A stretch of 63,668 nucleotides of DNA, the filler included, from Octopus bimaculoides (lineage: Eukaryota): the NCBI RefSeq assembly GCF_001194135.2. It is 3 parts of 3 records of this genome, joined end to end, with 100 filler letters (N's around TTAATTAATTAA, not from the genome) between each part and the next. Parts side by side here need not be neighbours in the genome. Positions count along the whole stretch, not along the records: positions 47,016 to 63,668 come from NC_068981.1; 2 more parts are not named here. The stretch is one strand, 5' to 3'. A program made the translations under genes and the position numbers. A model generated the notes under the pieces. It ran no database searches, was not told the origin of the DNA, and worked only from the letters and a program-made list of their open reading frames with translations. This document shows positions 47,520 to 60,432 of the stretch, piece after piece (the stretch's first letter is position 1; each line of letters opens with the position of its first letter).

Positions 47520-49388
47520 GTATGTATGTATACACGCATACATATATGATATTGAAGATGATAAACAAATAAACGGAAAACTATTTTAACGCTTAAATGG
47601 CGTGTTGTAAAGTCATTAAAGGGAAAGGAAATTCTTGCAAGAAACCACACACCAAGGATAGTCAATAGATTCTCAGTATTTTATTCTCGAAGGTACTCCA
47701 ATTTAGATATACATCCTCTACATTAAAATGTCTCTTCCTTTTTACTTTTCAAGTATCATTTGTAAACGCTGGACCAAACATAACATGGTTGAATGGGAGA
47801 GGTTTTTAATACTCGGGCCGTTTCCTTTAGAAATTGTTTTCACTTGAAAACAGTCTATGCATTTATATAAATGTCTACATACAGAAACGCAGTAGAAAAA
47901 CACACTTGCACATTCACAGATTCATATATATACGCTGCTTCATACGCACACATGCACACATACAAATTCATTTACGTTCATGCCCATAAACACATAACAC
48001 GGTATGTGTTTCTATAATATTGATCAAATCAATTGTAGATTTGTTAGGACAAACTTAAGATAATTTTGTAGTTTTCATACAATGAAGAATTCAATATGTT
48101 TACCCAAAACAATTTTTGAATTAAGAATAGAATAGATATAATGGCTCAATTTCTCCAGTGAGAGTTTCTCAGAATTCTTTACAGTATTCTGAAAATGTCT
48201 GTCGCATTAATGACAAAAGTCTCTAAATCATAAGAGATTTAGTATTTAGTATTGGAAAAGCTCAGTAGGCGCTGTTCGCTGAAACTACTAAGAATAAAGG
48301 CTTCCATACATTGATATTTGTGGAATTTATGTTCTTTTAGTATAATTGTATTACTTTACCTAATGTAGAAGGAAAGAGTAACTGTTATGTCTATCACCAT
48401 AAAGAATATTTATTGTGGTCTATTCTTCAAGGGAGTTAAAATTTTATGCAAGGAAATCTAATTCCTTACTCTCACCGGATTTAATTACCATACGAAATCT
48501 TTGTGAGAAATTGCCTGGCACATTAAAGAATATTCATGCAGTGATTTTGATTGTTAAAAGTTTTGATATTTCAATCTCTCCAGAGGGGAAATTCGAAACC
48601 TTATTACAGTAAATATATTAAGTGCCTCTATCTTAGGAATGTGGCTCAAACCGTTAGCCATTTTTTCCTGAAGATACATTTCCTAATATGCGCAGTGTTA
48701 TCGCGTTATAATTATAATCTGTTGCCTTAATACATTTAATGTAAAATATTTTTCTGCATATTTTGTCATAATAACAGGTTGTACTATATCTAATGAAATT
48801 ACTTCATTTAGAAATAAATTCTCCGGAGGCTAACATAATATGCTTAATCAAATATTAATGAATGTTTTCTAATTTAGAAAATGTGCGATAGCAATACATT
48901 ATTTATATTACCATAATAAAACAAAGCACAGAATATCACCAAGAAGCCATGCATACAGTTAATAGAAACTGTCATACTGTTTTATATTAAAACCAATACA
49001 TGACCTGTAGGGCGAACTGCAGTGTTGTAGCAACGGTGTAGTGTTATATAAACATTGCATTATAATAACAAACGCTATACAGTAAAAGGTATTGACGTCT
49101 TATATATTTTACACATCGCCAACAAAATGCCTAAACAAATATATTCACAATTGCCGGAATTAACACAGCAAGCAAAAGCGCAATATTCATTTGACAAAAA
49201 ATGTTTCGTCTCACTACTATTATAAATCATCCTGTTTTCTATTGTATGCTTCTTCACCTATATATTTATAAAGAGTCTCAAAGAAAAGTGGTTGCGGTAC
49301 ATATACATATAAACACTTCTCAAAGTGCGCTGCATCTTCAGTTATATAGCACAAGTGTGAATATGTGTTTGTGCTTCTGTGTGAGGGC

Positions 49389-49429
<41 letters not shown>

Positions 49430-49925
49430 TGCGCACACCCTAACTCAAGCGCATACGCACGAATGTATACATACACGCATACATTTGGATATATGTATAC
49501 AGAGATGTAGATATATGTCTATATATATGTGTGTGTGTGTGTNNNNNNNNNNNNNNNNNNNNNNNNNNNNNNNNNNNNNNNNNNNNNNNNNNNNNNNNNN
49601 NNNNNNNNNNNNNNNNNNNNNNNNNNNNNNNNNNNNNNNNNNNNNNNNNNNNNNNNNNNNNNNNNNNNNNNNNNNNNNNNNNNNNNNNNNNNNNNNNNNN
49701 NNNNNNNNNNNNNNNNNNNNNNNNNNNNNNNNNNNNNNNNNNNNNNNNNNNNNNNNNNNNNNNNNNNNNNNNTCGTTCAGAGAGCGAGCGAGAGAGAGGC
49801 ACGAAGGAGAAGTTGGGGAATGAGAAAGAGAGAGGGAGAATGCTGGAAATGAGAGGGAGACAGAAGAGAGAGAGAGAGAGAGGGGGTTGAAAGAGAGATT
49901 GAAGAAGAGATATAGAAAGAGAGAC

Positions 49926-49961
<36 letters not shown>

Positions 49962-50674
49962 AGGGAGAGAGAGAGAGAGTGAACAAAAATGCCCAGTGAC
50001 CATTGCAACCGACTAACTCAAAGTGTGATTTAAATCTGAACAATAAAAAACCCTCCAGAATTGACCTACCAATAAGGAAAAAAGAGGTCAGTTGCTTTTA
50101 CGGGGTTCTACTTCAATAAATGTCATCACCACAGTAATTGTCTTAGCTCTAATCCTGAAGACGTAAGGTGTCGATATGCAAAGAATGGATTACATTTATC
50201 GACTCCAATAAGTAGAAGGAAAATGAGTTCATGGAAATAACATATGACAAGGGATATCGATATGGACAACAAAGACCGAGGAAAATATATATCTTTCTGT
50301 ATAGAAAGAATTTTGACTTGGAGTGACAGGAACAAATCTATTTATCTGTATTCTTGACGTTTGGACTGTATATGTATGTATGTTTGTTCAGTTTTATTTC
50401 AAAATTTCTTGCCAATAGAGAAAGAGTTTCTAACCTGGTTTGTAACCTTGATTCAAGGCTCCTTCATTGGAATTTCAACATCAACAACAAGGTATGTTTG
50501 TATGTATGTATGTGTGAAGATTTGTATGTTTTGCTTTATGTATGTATTCTCATGCATATCTAGGCGTGGTCATATATATTTAAATGTTAAACTTCTGGTA
50601 CGTTTTACAGATTTTTACAGTTCCAGTGATGGATTGGATCTGTAGTATTCGAATTAGTTTTCTCCTTCTTTTAT

Positions 50675-51115
50675 TCTTTTACTTGTTTCAGTCATTTGAC
50701 TGCGACCTTGCTGAAGCACCGCCTATAAATGCTTTTATTCCTTTTTCTGTTTCAGTCATTTGACAGGGGCAATGCTGGAGCACCACTTTTTTGCCGAAGA
50801 AATCGACCCTCGGACTAATTCTTTGTAAACCTGATGCTTATTTTATCGGTCTCTTCTGCCGAAACCGCTAGATAACGGGGGCGTAAAGACACCAACATCG
50901 GTAATCTAGCAATGGTGGGTTGACAAATAGAGACACACATAAATATATATAAAGAAATACACACACACACACACACATATATACGACGGGCTTCTTTCAG
51001 TTTCCGTCAACCAAATACACTCAAAAGACTTTGGTCGGTCGGAGGCTATAGCAGAAGAAACCGGAACCATATAGTTGTGAGTCAGCAAACGTCTTACTAC
51101 ACAGCCACACCTGCA
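50675..51115 (-). mobile_element. SINE-B with a duplicated tail end
   Basis: tgtttcagtcatttgac occurs twice (~50685 and ~50748), followed by the body and core gacgggcttctttcagtttccgtc. Confidence 0.75.
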
Positions 51116-51348
51116 CCTATATATAGGGCAAATTTTGTCTCCTACTTCTCGAGAAATCTTTCGCAGGAAGAATTCTGGCTCATTAAGTGGGATACGAAGA
51201 CGGCTATTCAAGAAGAATACTGATTCCGTCGGTAATATCTGGGGTTTTTTCCGGCCTGCGGCTGATAAGGCCGCCGATGGCTGAAGAGTCGCTGTTCCTT
51301 TATATATCAGTAGAAGCGAGATTTGGCCAGGATGCAGTCAGTGAATGC

Positions 51349-51397
51349 CTACTGTTGATGAGGCGCAGAAACGCGCCGAAATTACGTGATGCAGTAG
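51349..51397 (+). ncRNA. Hammerhead-like fold with a variant core
   Basis: ctactg-TTGATGA-ggcgc-agaaac-gcgcc-GAAA-ttacgtga-T-G-cagtag. Stems I (6 bp), II (5 bp) and III are intact, but it has U3 and G17 instead of C3 and H17. Confidence 0.45.
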
Positions 51398-51577
51398 TTC
51401 CATTCCTGTTGCTTGACATTTCTACCCTACCACCTCTGTCACTATCCTTATATGCCCTATACGTCAATACGAGAAACTTTTTAAGGACGAATTCTGTAGT
51501 ATTTCGGCGCTCTCATAATACATCCATATTACGTAAGATACAGAGACTACCATTCGATAATAATATTGCCTCCGTCG

Positions 51578-51621
<44 letters not shown>

Positions 51622-52499
51622 TANNNNNNNNNNNNNNNNNNNNNNNNNNNNNNNNNNNNNNNNNNNNNNNNNNNNNNNNNNNNNNNNNNNNNNNNNNNNN
51701 NNNNNNNNNNNNNNNNNNNNNNNNNNNNNNNNNNNNNNNNNNNNNNNNNNNNNNNNNNNNNNNNNNNNNNNNNNNNNNNNNNNNNNNNNNNNNNNNNNNN
51801 NNNNNNNNNNNNNNNNNNNNNNNNNNNNNNNNNNNNNNNNNNNNNNNNNNNNNNNNNNNNNNNNNNNNNNNNNNNNNNNNNNNNNNNNNNNNNNNNNNNN
51901 NNNNNNNNNNNNNNNNNNNNNNNNNNNNNNNNNNNNNNNNNNNNNNNNNNNNNNNNNNNNNNNNNNNNNNNNNNNNNNNNNNNNNNNNNNNNNNNNNNNN
52001 NNNNNNNNNNNNNNNNNNNNNNNNNNNNNNNNNNNNNNNNNNNNNNNNNNNNNNNNNNNNNNNNNNNNNNNNNNNNNNNNNNNNNNNNNNNNNNNNNNNN
52101 NNNNNNNNNNNNNNNNNNNNNNNNNNNNNNNNNNNNNNNNNNNNNNNNNNNNNNNNNNNNNNNNNNNNNNNNNNNNNNNNNNNNNNNNNNNNNNNNNNNN
52201 NNNNNNNNNNNNNNNNNNNNNNNNNNNNNNNNNNNNNNNNNNNNNNNNNNNNNNNNNNNNNNNNNNNNNNNNNNNNNNNNNNNNNNNNNNNNNNNNNNNN
52301 NNNNNNNNNNNNNNNNNNNNNNNNNNNNNNNNNNNNNNNNNNNNNNNNNNNNNNNNNNNNNNNNNNNNNNNNNNNNNNNNNNNNNNNNNNATATATATAT
52401 ATTAATGTATATGTGTATGTTTCTATATACGGCTGTGCTTAGCGGTATAAATCGATGCATCGATTTGCATGTCTACAAGAAATACTGAAGTTATCGATC

Positions 52500-52720
52500 C
52501 CCTAAATATTTGCTTCAAATTTTGGTGCGAAGCTGGTGATTTTGGGAGAGTGACTAAGTCGATTACACCGACCCCAGTGATCGATTGGTACTTAGTTTAT
52601 TGAGCCCCAAATGGTGGAAATCAATGTGGACCCCGGCGGGATATGAACCCGGAATGTATAGACGTACGAAATACCGCTAAGCAATTCTCCCGGCGCGCTA
52701 ATTATTCTGCTAACTTGCTG
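52500..52720 (-). mobile_element. Decayed SINE-A
   Basis: aagtcgattacaccgaccccagtg...ggtacttag...gacgtacgaaataccgctaagcaattctcccggcgcgctaa. Confidence 0.65.
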
Positions 52721-54354
52721 CCTTGCGCGATTCCGTAAATATTAATTGGTGAAATTATATGCGTCCGAGAAAAGAACTAGACTCCATATGGAATCAAGAG
52801 CAGCTGTATTCCAATGAATGGATCCTGCAATATTAGAAAGAAGTGCGAGAATGTCTGTGTGTGTTGCTTATCTTGTTGTTTTAGTTTTTTAGCCCCTGGT
52901 CAAATCTGATCGATCAGATCTATCAAACGTATTCTACTCGTGACGATGTATTGCCAAAATATCAATGATATGGGTAATGATAATTGGAAAGTGGGAATTA
53001 TATTCAGTTAACTTACACTCGGAGTATTTGAAAGGAGCATGCAAATATTATTTAGAAAAAAAAACAGCATCTAGAGAGAATGGGCTTAAATGTACGTTTT
53101 ACTCTGGGTTTAGAGATGTAATCCGTCCTGGGGAAAAGCGAAGTAGATTTACAACTCATATATCACGTATTTATGCTGCATGTGTTTTCATTTTATTTAA
53201 TTTTACAAAGCATATATTTTTTACACTGAATTGACAATATATCCTCACAATGTATATTTCGTATTAGCTCAATGATATGCTGAGGAATATACATTTACTC
53301 AATACAAATGTAAATATGAAAGTGAATGCTAATGTCTTTGAAGGCATGACTAGTGTTTCATTTGTTGAACTCTGATAACATTACGTTACCAAACCGAAAT
53401 AATTCGATTGATTAATCATTGATTGAAATGCTTTACGAATTTACTATCGAAAACTGCTTTTGAATATAAATACAGCATAACTCACATTAACTACTATTAG
53501 GTTTCAGTGCCATCAAACTATCAAGCTTATATTCATCATAGTCATTGTTCAATCTGTAACACTGTGCCCTACCTCGTAAGAACAGAATATTATTTATGTC
53601 GAATTTCATAACAAACGGACAAATTTGTTAGTAATACAGCTGGGAATTATGAAAATTAATAAGCCATCAGAGAGAGACTGAAAATCAGCAACATTTCGAA
53701 GGACTACGCTTTAACAAATCATAAACCGAACTATGTATTCAACCTGACAGGGCATAGCAGCGTGCTAAAATAATACGATATATTTATTAAGTAAATTTTG
53801 AGTGTGTATAAAACTCTCTTTCTGGAACACTGAAATTTGTCAGTTTTCAAAATGCCATTTATTTTGTTTTTGTTAAATTGTTTAGAGAAACAACATCTAG
53901 ACGACTCCTGTGTAATACAACCGATTCTATATGTTCCCTCTTTCACATGAGATCATATATATTCTCAATATTTCTCTGGAGAAAACCAGAGAAAATGATT
54001 TACAGAGAATCTTCCATGATTCACGGTGTCCACAGCCTGTTATGTTGGTAAAAGTTGAATGTATTAACTATTTACTTCTGCTAATTTTACTTAGTCTTTT
54101 CTTCTCTTGTTGCATAAATATAACGACATAACATACAAAATGGAGAAAGAAAAGCAATAAAACCTTATTTTCAGAGCGATTACGTTAGTTTATTACTTCA
54201 TGTGAGATCTTCTCTTTTGTGGAATGCCGTTTCCCTATAATGCAATAATGCACAAGGTTCTGACCAAGCCAATATATCTTTTCATTTTAAAGTGACGTTC
54301 CATTGAAATATGCACGCTTTGCCAACGAAGATGACAAATATAGGATGACGCAAG

Positions 54355-54403
<49 letters not shown>

Positions 54404-55736
54404 CATAACAGGAATTGACTAAAGAATACAGAACTGAGATCGTTTATTTCAACATTATGTGCTACTACGTTTGTTTTAGTTATGAATATTTATTTTCAGA
54501 TGTCTATTAAACATTGGTATGGTTAACCAGCGATACTGTTTAGGTTAGCTGTTACAACAAATCATTGTTGGTTTGGTTATTGTAACTTAAGCATATAACA
54601 GCAGAACTATATACACAGATGTGTATAACACGTCAAGTTTGTTCGCAAGATCAGACTGATTTATAGACAGTAGTAGCGGAAAATGAAATCTTATACAAAT
54701 ATTCAAATAAGAACTTATAAGACATATTTCTTTCAACGTTTAATGCTCCGACGAAGAGCTGCACTTGAGAATTTATAGAGGAATTATATACATACAATTT
54801 TTAGTCTCCCGGACGTTACAAAAGAACTAACCTCATATTATTCAAACCTAAAAGTATGCTATTCGTTCGTTAAATATCAGAAGAGAATTAAATAAACCAG
54901 ACGAGAGAGAAATATTAAAATATATTTGAAATAATTTAATTCGAAATACACAAATAATTATTAATATATCGAATAGGAAATAATGAAAAAATAATATAAA
55001 AGTGAGAACCACATTTAATATTCAAAGGACGCTATAAGTATTTCTGATAGTCATATTTCCTTTAAGAAATTTACATGTATTATTTAATGTGAAATATAAA
55101 TAATCATGACCGGAATTGATTTCATGTATTTTTCTTTGCTTTCAATTCATCGTCAACTAAACGCTTTCTAACTTTGTCACAGAAAATATAATTGTCGATT
55201 AATCGTAGTACATGACTATGACTTATTTTGTTTATGGAAGAAAAATGAATGCCGAAGTCTCCAGCGATAGCTTAATTCAGAAAGTAGAAGGATGATACTA
55301 AATGCTGTGAAGAATCATATTCTACATTTCGAACGTTTCTGTCTGTAAGACATATTCTATGATTCTTACCTTCACGAAAGCTCATATCTGTGTAGAAGAA
55401 GTAGGGGTAATTAAACTGATCGATTTACACTAATAACTGCTTACTACTTATTTAATCGAAAACGGAGAGTTAAATGCGGTAGAATTTGAGATTAGAAACT
55501 AGTTGCAAGAGACTGAACATATACCGAGTTTTGTAAATTTAGCATTAACTCTTATTTGTTCATTGATTCATAACGTACTACAAAAATAGCAAAGATAAGG
55601 ATAAGCTCCAGATGAATATTTTGTAAGCAATCATCATTTCTTATGAAATGAGATGCATTATTCGGCCATTCATATATAATATATTTTGAAGTCATTAAAA
55701 TACCAGTTACAAATTTTGAAGTATTTTTTATTAATA

Positions 55737-56160
55737 TGGGTGCAAGAGTGGCTGTGTGGTAAGTAGCTTGCTCATCAACCACATGGATCCGGGTTCATTC
55801 CCACTGCGTGGCACCTTGGGCAAGTGTCTTCTACTATAGCCTCGGGCCGACCAATGCCTTGTGAGTGGATTTAGTAGACGGAAACTGAAGGAAGTCCGTC
55901 GTATATATGTATATATATACATACATATATATATGTATATATATATATGTATGTATGTGTGTGTATATGCTTGTGTGTCTGTGTTTGTCCCCCTACCATC
56001 GCTTGAAAACCAATGGTGGTGTGTTTACGTCCCCGTAGCTTAGCGGTTCGGCAAAAGAGGCTTACAAAGAATAAGTCCTGGGGTCGATTTGCTCGACTAA
56101 AAGCGGTGTTCTGGCATGGCCGCAGTAAAATGTCTGAAACAAGTAAATGAGTAAAAGAGT
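55737..56160 (+). mobile_element. Near full-length SINE-B
   Basis: A box tggctgtgtggtaag and B box gggttcattcc, core caccttgggcaagtgtcttctactatagcctcgggccgacc, internal (TA/TG)n, and tail gcatggccgcag...gagtaaaagagt. Confidence 0.9.
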
Positions 56161-58027
56161 ATTTGCAAGGCTGGAAGTTAGATACGAAGTAAACATTAGG
56201 CGAAAGACACAGTGACCCTACAATCGCTAGAATTTTGATCAATATTTCTTACACGATTAATTTATTTCTTTTTACGTTGTATATTCCGATCCCTCCAGCG
56301 TAGACGTTCCTTTTCATCATTCTGAGGTTGATACAATAAGAAGCCATGAAATACTGGTACAATTTCATTTGGGTTTTGAATTGTGCCTGTATTTAGTATC
56401 TAAATTTAATAAAACAATTGCTTACTATTAGACGTTACAGACACGTTTTCTCTCTCCTTCGTGATCTCTGTCCATCATTTGTCCTTCTTTTAAATTGTAT
56501 CATTAAAACGCGTATTCCCTGTTTGGGAACTAAATCACTCAAACTAGTAAACTAATACAGATATGCACAAACACAAAAGGGCACATACGGCCGTGCACGA
56601 AATATATAGACATATCTATACATTTCATGTGCAAATGTAAAATACACTCTCACAAACACCTGCCAAGGCCCACATATATACACATGGTTGGATATAGATA
56701 TACATGTATGTCTCTGTGCCTATATTTTTATGTAAATATTTGTGCATGTTTGTATGTATATGTTTATATATATCAATGTGTTATTGATACATCACCAAAT
56801 AGTGACTGACAATATGATTCAGTATTTGTAGAAACTCGCTTATCGCCTGACGATCACTTTGACGTGAAACTCAAGTCATGAGAAATTAATTTACTTTGAA
56901 CAACGCATACGTGCATGTGTATACACATATGTATCTGCCCATACACACGCACACGCTCACATATTCGTGTTTTTGAAATATGTTTTCGTAGAACACTAGA
57001 ATAGTTTCCTGTGAAAATATTTTTTCCTCTTTAAGAATACAATACTGATTGATTTAGAATGCTGGAAGCCTATCATAGTTTTAACCATTCTTATGGATAA
57101 AATCTATTCATACGATCGAAACAATAGCTACATTTTCCATATTTCCTTTATTTATTGTCAACTCCTCCGTGTTGTTTCACATAAAAGCTAACAAAAACGA
57201 TTTAACTTGAAATTTTCAGAAAAAGAAAAACATATTCATTTAATAACAATGAACTTTTCTATGGATAGTTCTCATATCGTTATTTTTTGTTTAACAGATC
57301 CAAATGTATTATAACTATTATGTAATATTCAAATATTACATGTGAAGTGCCATCTTTTGTTTTATAGTTAAAATATAAAAGAAAAAAACGCAATGAAACA
57401 TAGGGGCACACGCAAAGTAAACAAACTGACATACGCATATATATTTATAAAGGCAGGAAAATTACCAATCCGCGTGCTCTTACACATACATGTATATGTG
57501 TTCTGTTTTGTTTATAACTCTTTGAAATCTTCATATAAGAAGACGTTTACTCACTAAGAATCAGGGTACCGTCATTGAAAATTATACAAGAATAATGGTA
57601 GCGTGTTTCATGTCGAATATGAGAAAAGTATCACGCGTTTCATCTGAATTTGAAGTATACGAGAATATTTAAGTGTGTATTACGTTATATAGTTGTATTT
57701 CTGTTTTTTTAATTCTTCAGTAAAGAAGGGACTGCTTTCTAACGAAGAAACATTACTCCAATTCTCTAATTTATATAAATTATAATTTTTTACCCCTTTC
57801 GCTTAAAGCATACATGCCCATCTCTAGAAAAATCTCACATATGATTACTGTTTCGCTTGAAGATTGCATTTGCAAAGTACTGACAGCTGGTCATTTTCTT
57901 TGCCCCCAAAACACAGCTATTCGAAATCGTTTATATATTTACATAGGTATGAGCCTATGATTAGATTTACTCCATTAGTACGTGTACACACACTCACACA
58001 CACACACACACACGCACACACGCACAC

Positions 58028-58059
<32 letters not shown>

Positions 58060-58452
58060 GTGAACACACGCACAGACTAATGTATATAACTGTCTATATG
58101 TGTGTATATATATATATTGTTGCATATGTATANNNNNNNNNNNNNNNNNNNNNNNNNNNNNNNNNNNNNNNNNNNNNNNNNNNNNNNNNNNNNNNNNNNN
58201 NNNNNNNNNNNNNNNNNNNNNNNNNNNNNNNNNNNNNNNNNNNNNNNNNNNNNNNNNNNNNNNNNNNNNNNNNNNNNNNNNNNNNNNNNNNNNNNNNNNN
58301 NNNNNNNNNNNNNNNNNNNNNNNNNNNNNNNNNNNNNNNNNNNNNNNNNNNNNNNNNNNNNNNNNNNNNNNNNNNNNNNNNNNNNNNNNNNNNNNNNNNN
58401 NNNNNNNNNNNNNNNNNNNNNNNNNNNNNNNNNNNNNNNNNNNNNNNNNNNN

Positions 58453-59551
58453 CTTCAAAGTAAAGAACTCTGAAATGTCAATTTCGACCTCCTCTTGGCT
58501 TGCGAAAGTTATGTCCCGAGCATAAGGTGGATGAGGAATTTTTTCCCAGCCAAGCTCTTCGATCTTCTGTGATGTGATCTTTGCAGTGTGGGGTCGCGCA
58601 TTGTGCTGATGAAACATCACTCCTTTTCGATTCACTTAAGCGGGTCTTTTTTCTCTTCAAAGCTTGGTTCGAATGCTCTAATTGCTGACAGTAGACTTCA
58701 GCTTTGATTGTTGCATTAAGTGGTAACAATTCAAAGTGAATTAATCCTTTGCAATCCCACCAGATAGAGAGAAGAACCTTTTCCCATGAACTTCCCTTCT
58801 CAGTTGTGGTTGAGCTTTATACCTTTTAATAAGCCACTGTTTACGACGTTTAACATTTCGATAGAAGATCCATTTTTCGTCACTAGTCACAAGTCTATCT
58901 AAAAAGGGTGAAATGAGTTCGCGAGAATGGAGAGAAGAGCAGATGTCAACTCGGGATTTGCAGTTGCTTTGGGACAATTCATGAGGCACCCATTTTCCAA
59001 GTTTAGGAATCTTTCCAAGTTGAAGATGACGATGAGCAGTTGTATGGTTTGAACTAAGCTTTATTGCCAATTCTTCAAGTGATAATGCAGGAGTTTCTTC
59101 AAGGAACTTATCATCAAACTCAACTGGATTATCATCTTCAAGGCTGAAATCTCCACTTCTGAATTTTGCAAACCATCTTCTGCAGGTTTTTTCATTCCAG
59201 CATTCTTTCCCAGAGTTACCTTTTTTGTACTCATAAAGCATTATGTGCCTCAAATGCTGTTTGGATACTTCCATGTTAGAAAAGGTTTTAACCAAAGAAA
59301 TTTTAATTCTATTATTCTGTAAAATAATATTCAATTAGTTTAAATGTGCACAAATACATAAAAATAAATTTAAATTACATTAGACATTCTAAAATACTAT
59401 TAAATTTCATCCAATTTAAGATAGGTAAAATCGGACAATGTACACAAATGCAGAAAAATAATTTTTAATTCCATTACACATTCTAAAGTACTATTAAATT
59501 TCATTGAATTTAAAAAAGGTAAAATCGGACAGAACTTATGGGATGATCTGA
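58453..59551 (-). mobile_element. Mariner (D,D34D-type) transposon, pseudogenised; 3' end in a gap
   Basis: ATG at 59274: MEVSKQHLRHIMLYEYKKGNS...WFAKFRSGDFSLED...GKWVPHEL...LVTSDEKWIFY, frameshift, then FHQHNARPHTA..LGWEKIPHPPY. The 5' TIR-like end reads cagatcatcccataagttctgtccg. Confidence 0.9.
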
Positions 59552-59984
59552 TGCTTTTGCTTTTGTACAATCTGAACTCCTCCCGTATCTGTTCATGATT
59601 TTGATAAGCGTATAACGCTGAAAGTGTTCTTAGAAATGTGTATTTATTTGTAAACTTCGTGAAAAGAGTCTATTCTTCCTGCTTTATTTGTTTTTATTTT
59701 TCAACGGAATTAATGCCTGATAAACCACGTTGTACAACACAAAATGCTTTTTTAGATTCCAAATTATCAATACCGTTTTGTGGTTTAATTTAGTTGCCGA
59801 TTTTACTATATTTGATTTTAGATCCCAACATCGTTTTATGATCTAATGGCCTTAATATATCTTTTATTGCATGTTGCTGGCTTCTTATTTTTATATTTTT
59901 TTCCAGACCTCTCTGGATGACATCATTTTCAGAAAACAGTAATATCTCGGGCTTATTGTCTTGCAATGAGCTTCGATGTCGCTA

Positions 59985-60432
59985 AAGTCTCTTTTACTCT
60001 CTTTTACTTGCTTCAGTCATTTGACTGCGGCCATGCTGGAGCACCGCCTTTAGTCGAGCAAATCGACCCCAGGACTTATTCTTTGGAAGCCTAGTACTTA
60101 TTCTATCGTTCTCTTTTCGCCGAACCGCTAAGTAACGGGGCCGTAAACACACCAGCATCGGTTGTCAAGCGATGGTGGGGGGACAACCACAGATACACAA
60201 ATACACATACATATCTATATATATATATATACACACACACACACNNNNNNNNNNATATATATATATATATACGACGGGCTTCCTTCAGTTTCCGTCTACT
60301 AAATCCACTCACAAGGCTTTGGTCGGCCCGAGGCTATAGTAGAAGACACTTGCCCAAGGTGACACGCAGTGGGAATGAACCCGGAACCATGTGGTCGGTA
60401 AGCAAGCTACTCACCACACAGCCACTCCTGCT
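59985..60432 (-). mobile_element. Near full-length SINE-B
   Basis: High-similarity reverse complement of 55737-56160. Confidence 0.9.

Noticed and set aside
51262-51300. Second degenerate hammerhead (ctgataaggcc...ggctgaaga)
   Set aside because: Multiple core mismatches and no clear stem I.
55370-55387. 18-nt micro-exon with a good acceptor and donor on the minus strand
   Set aside because: It lies in the decayed tail of a SINE-A and has no independent support.
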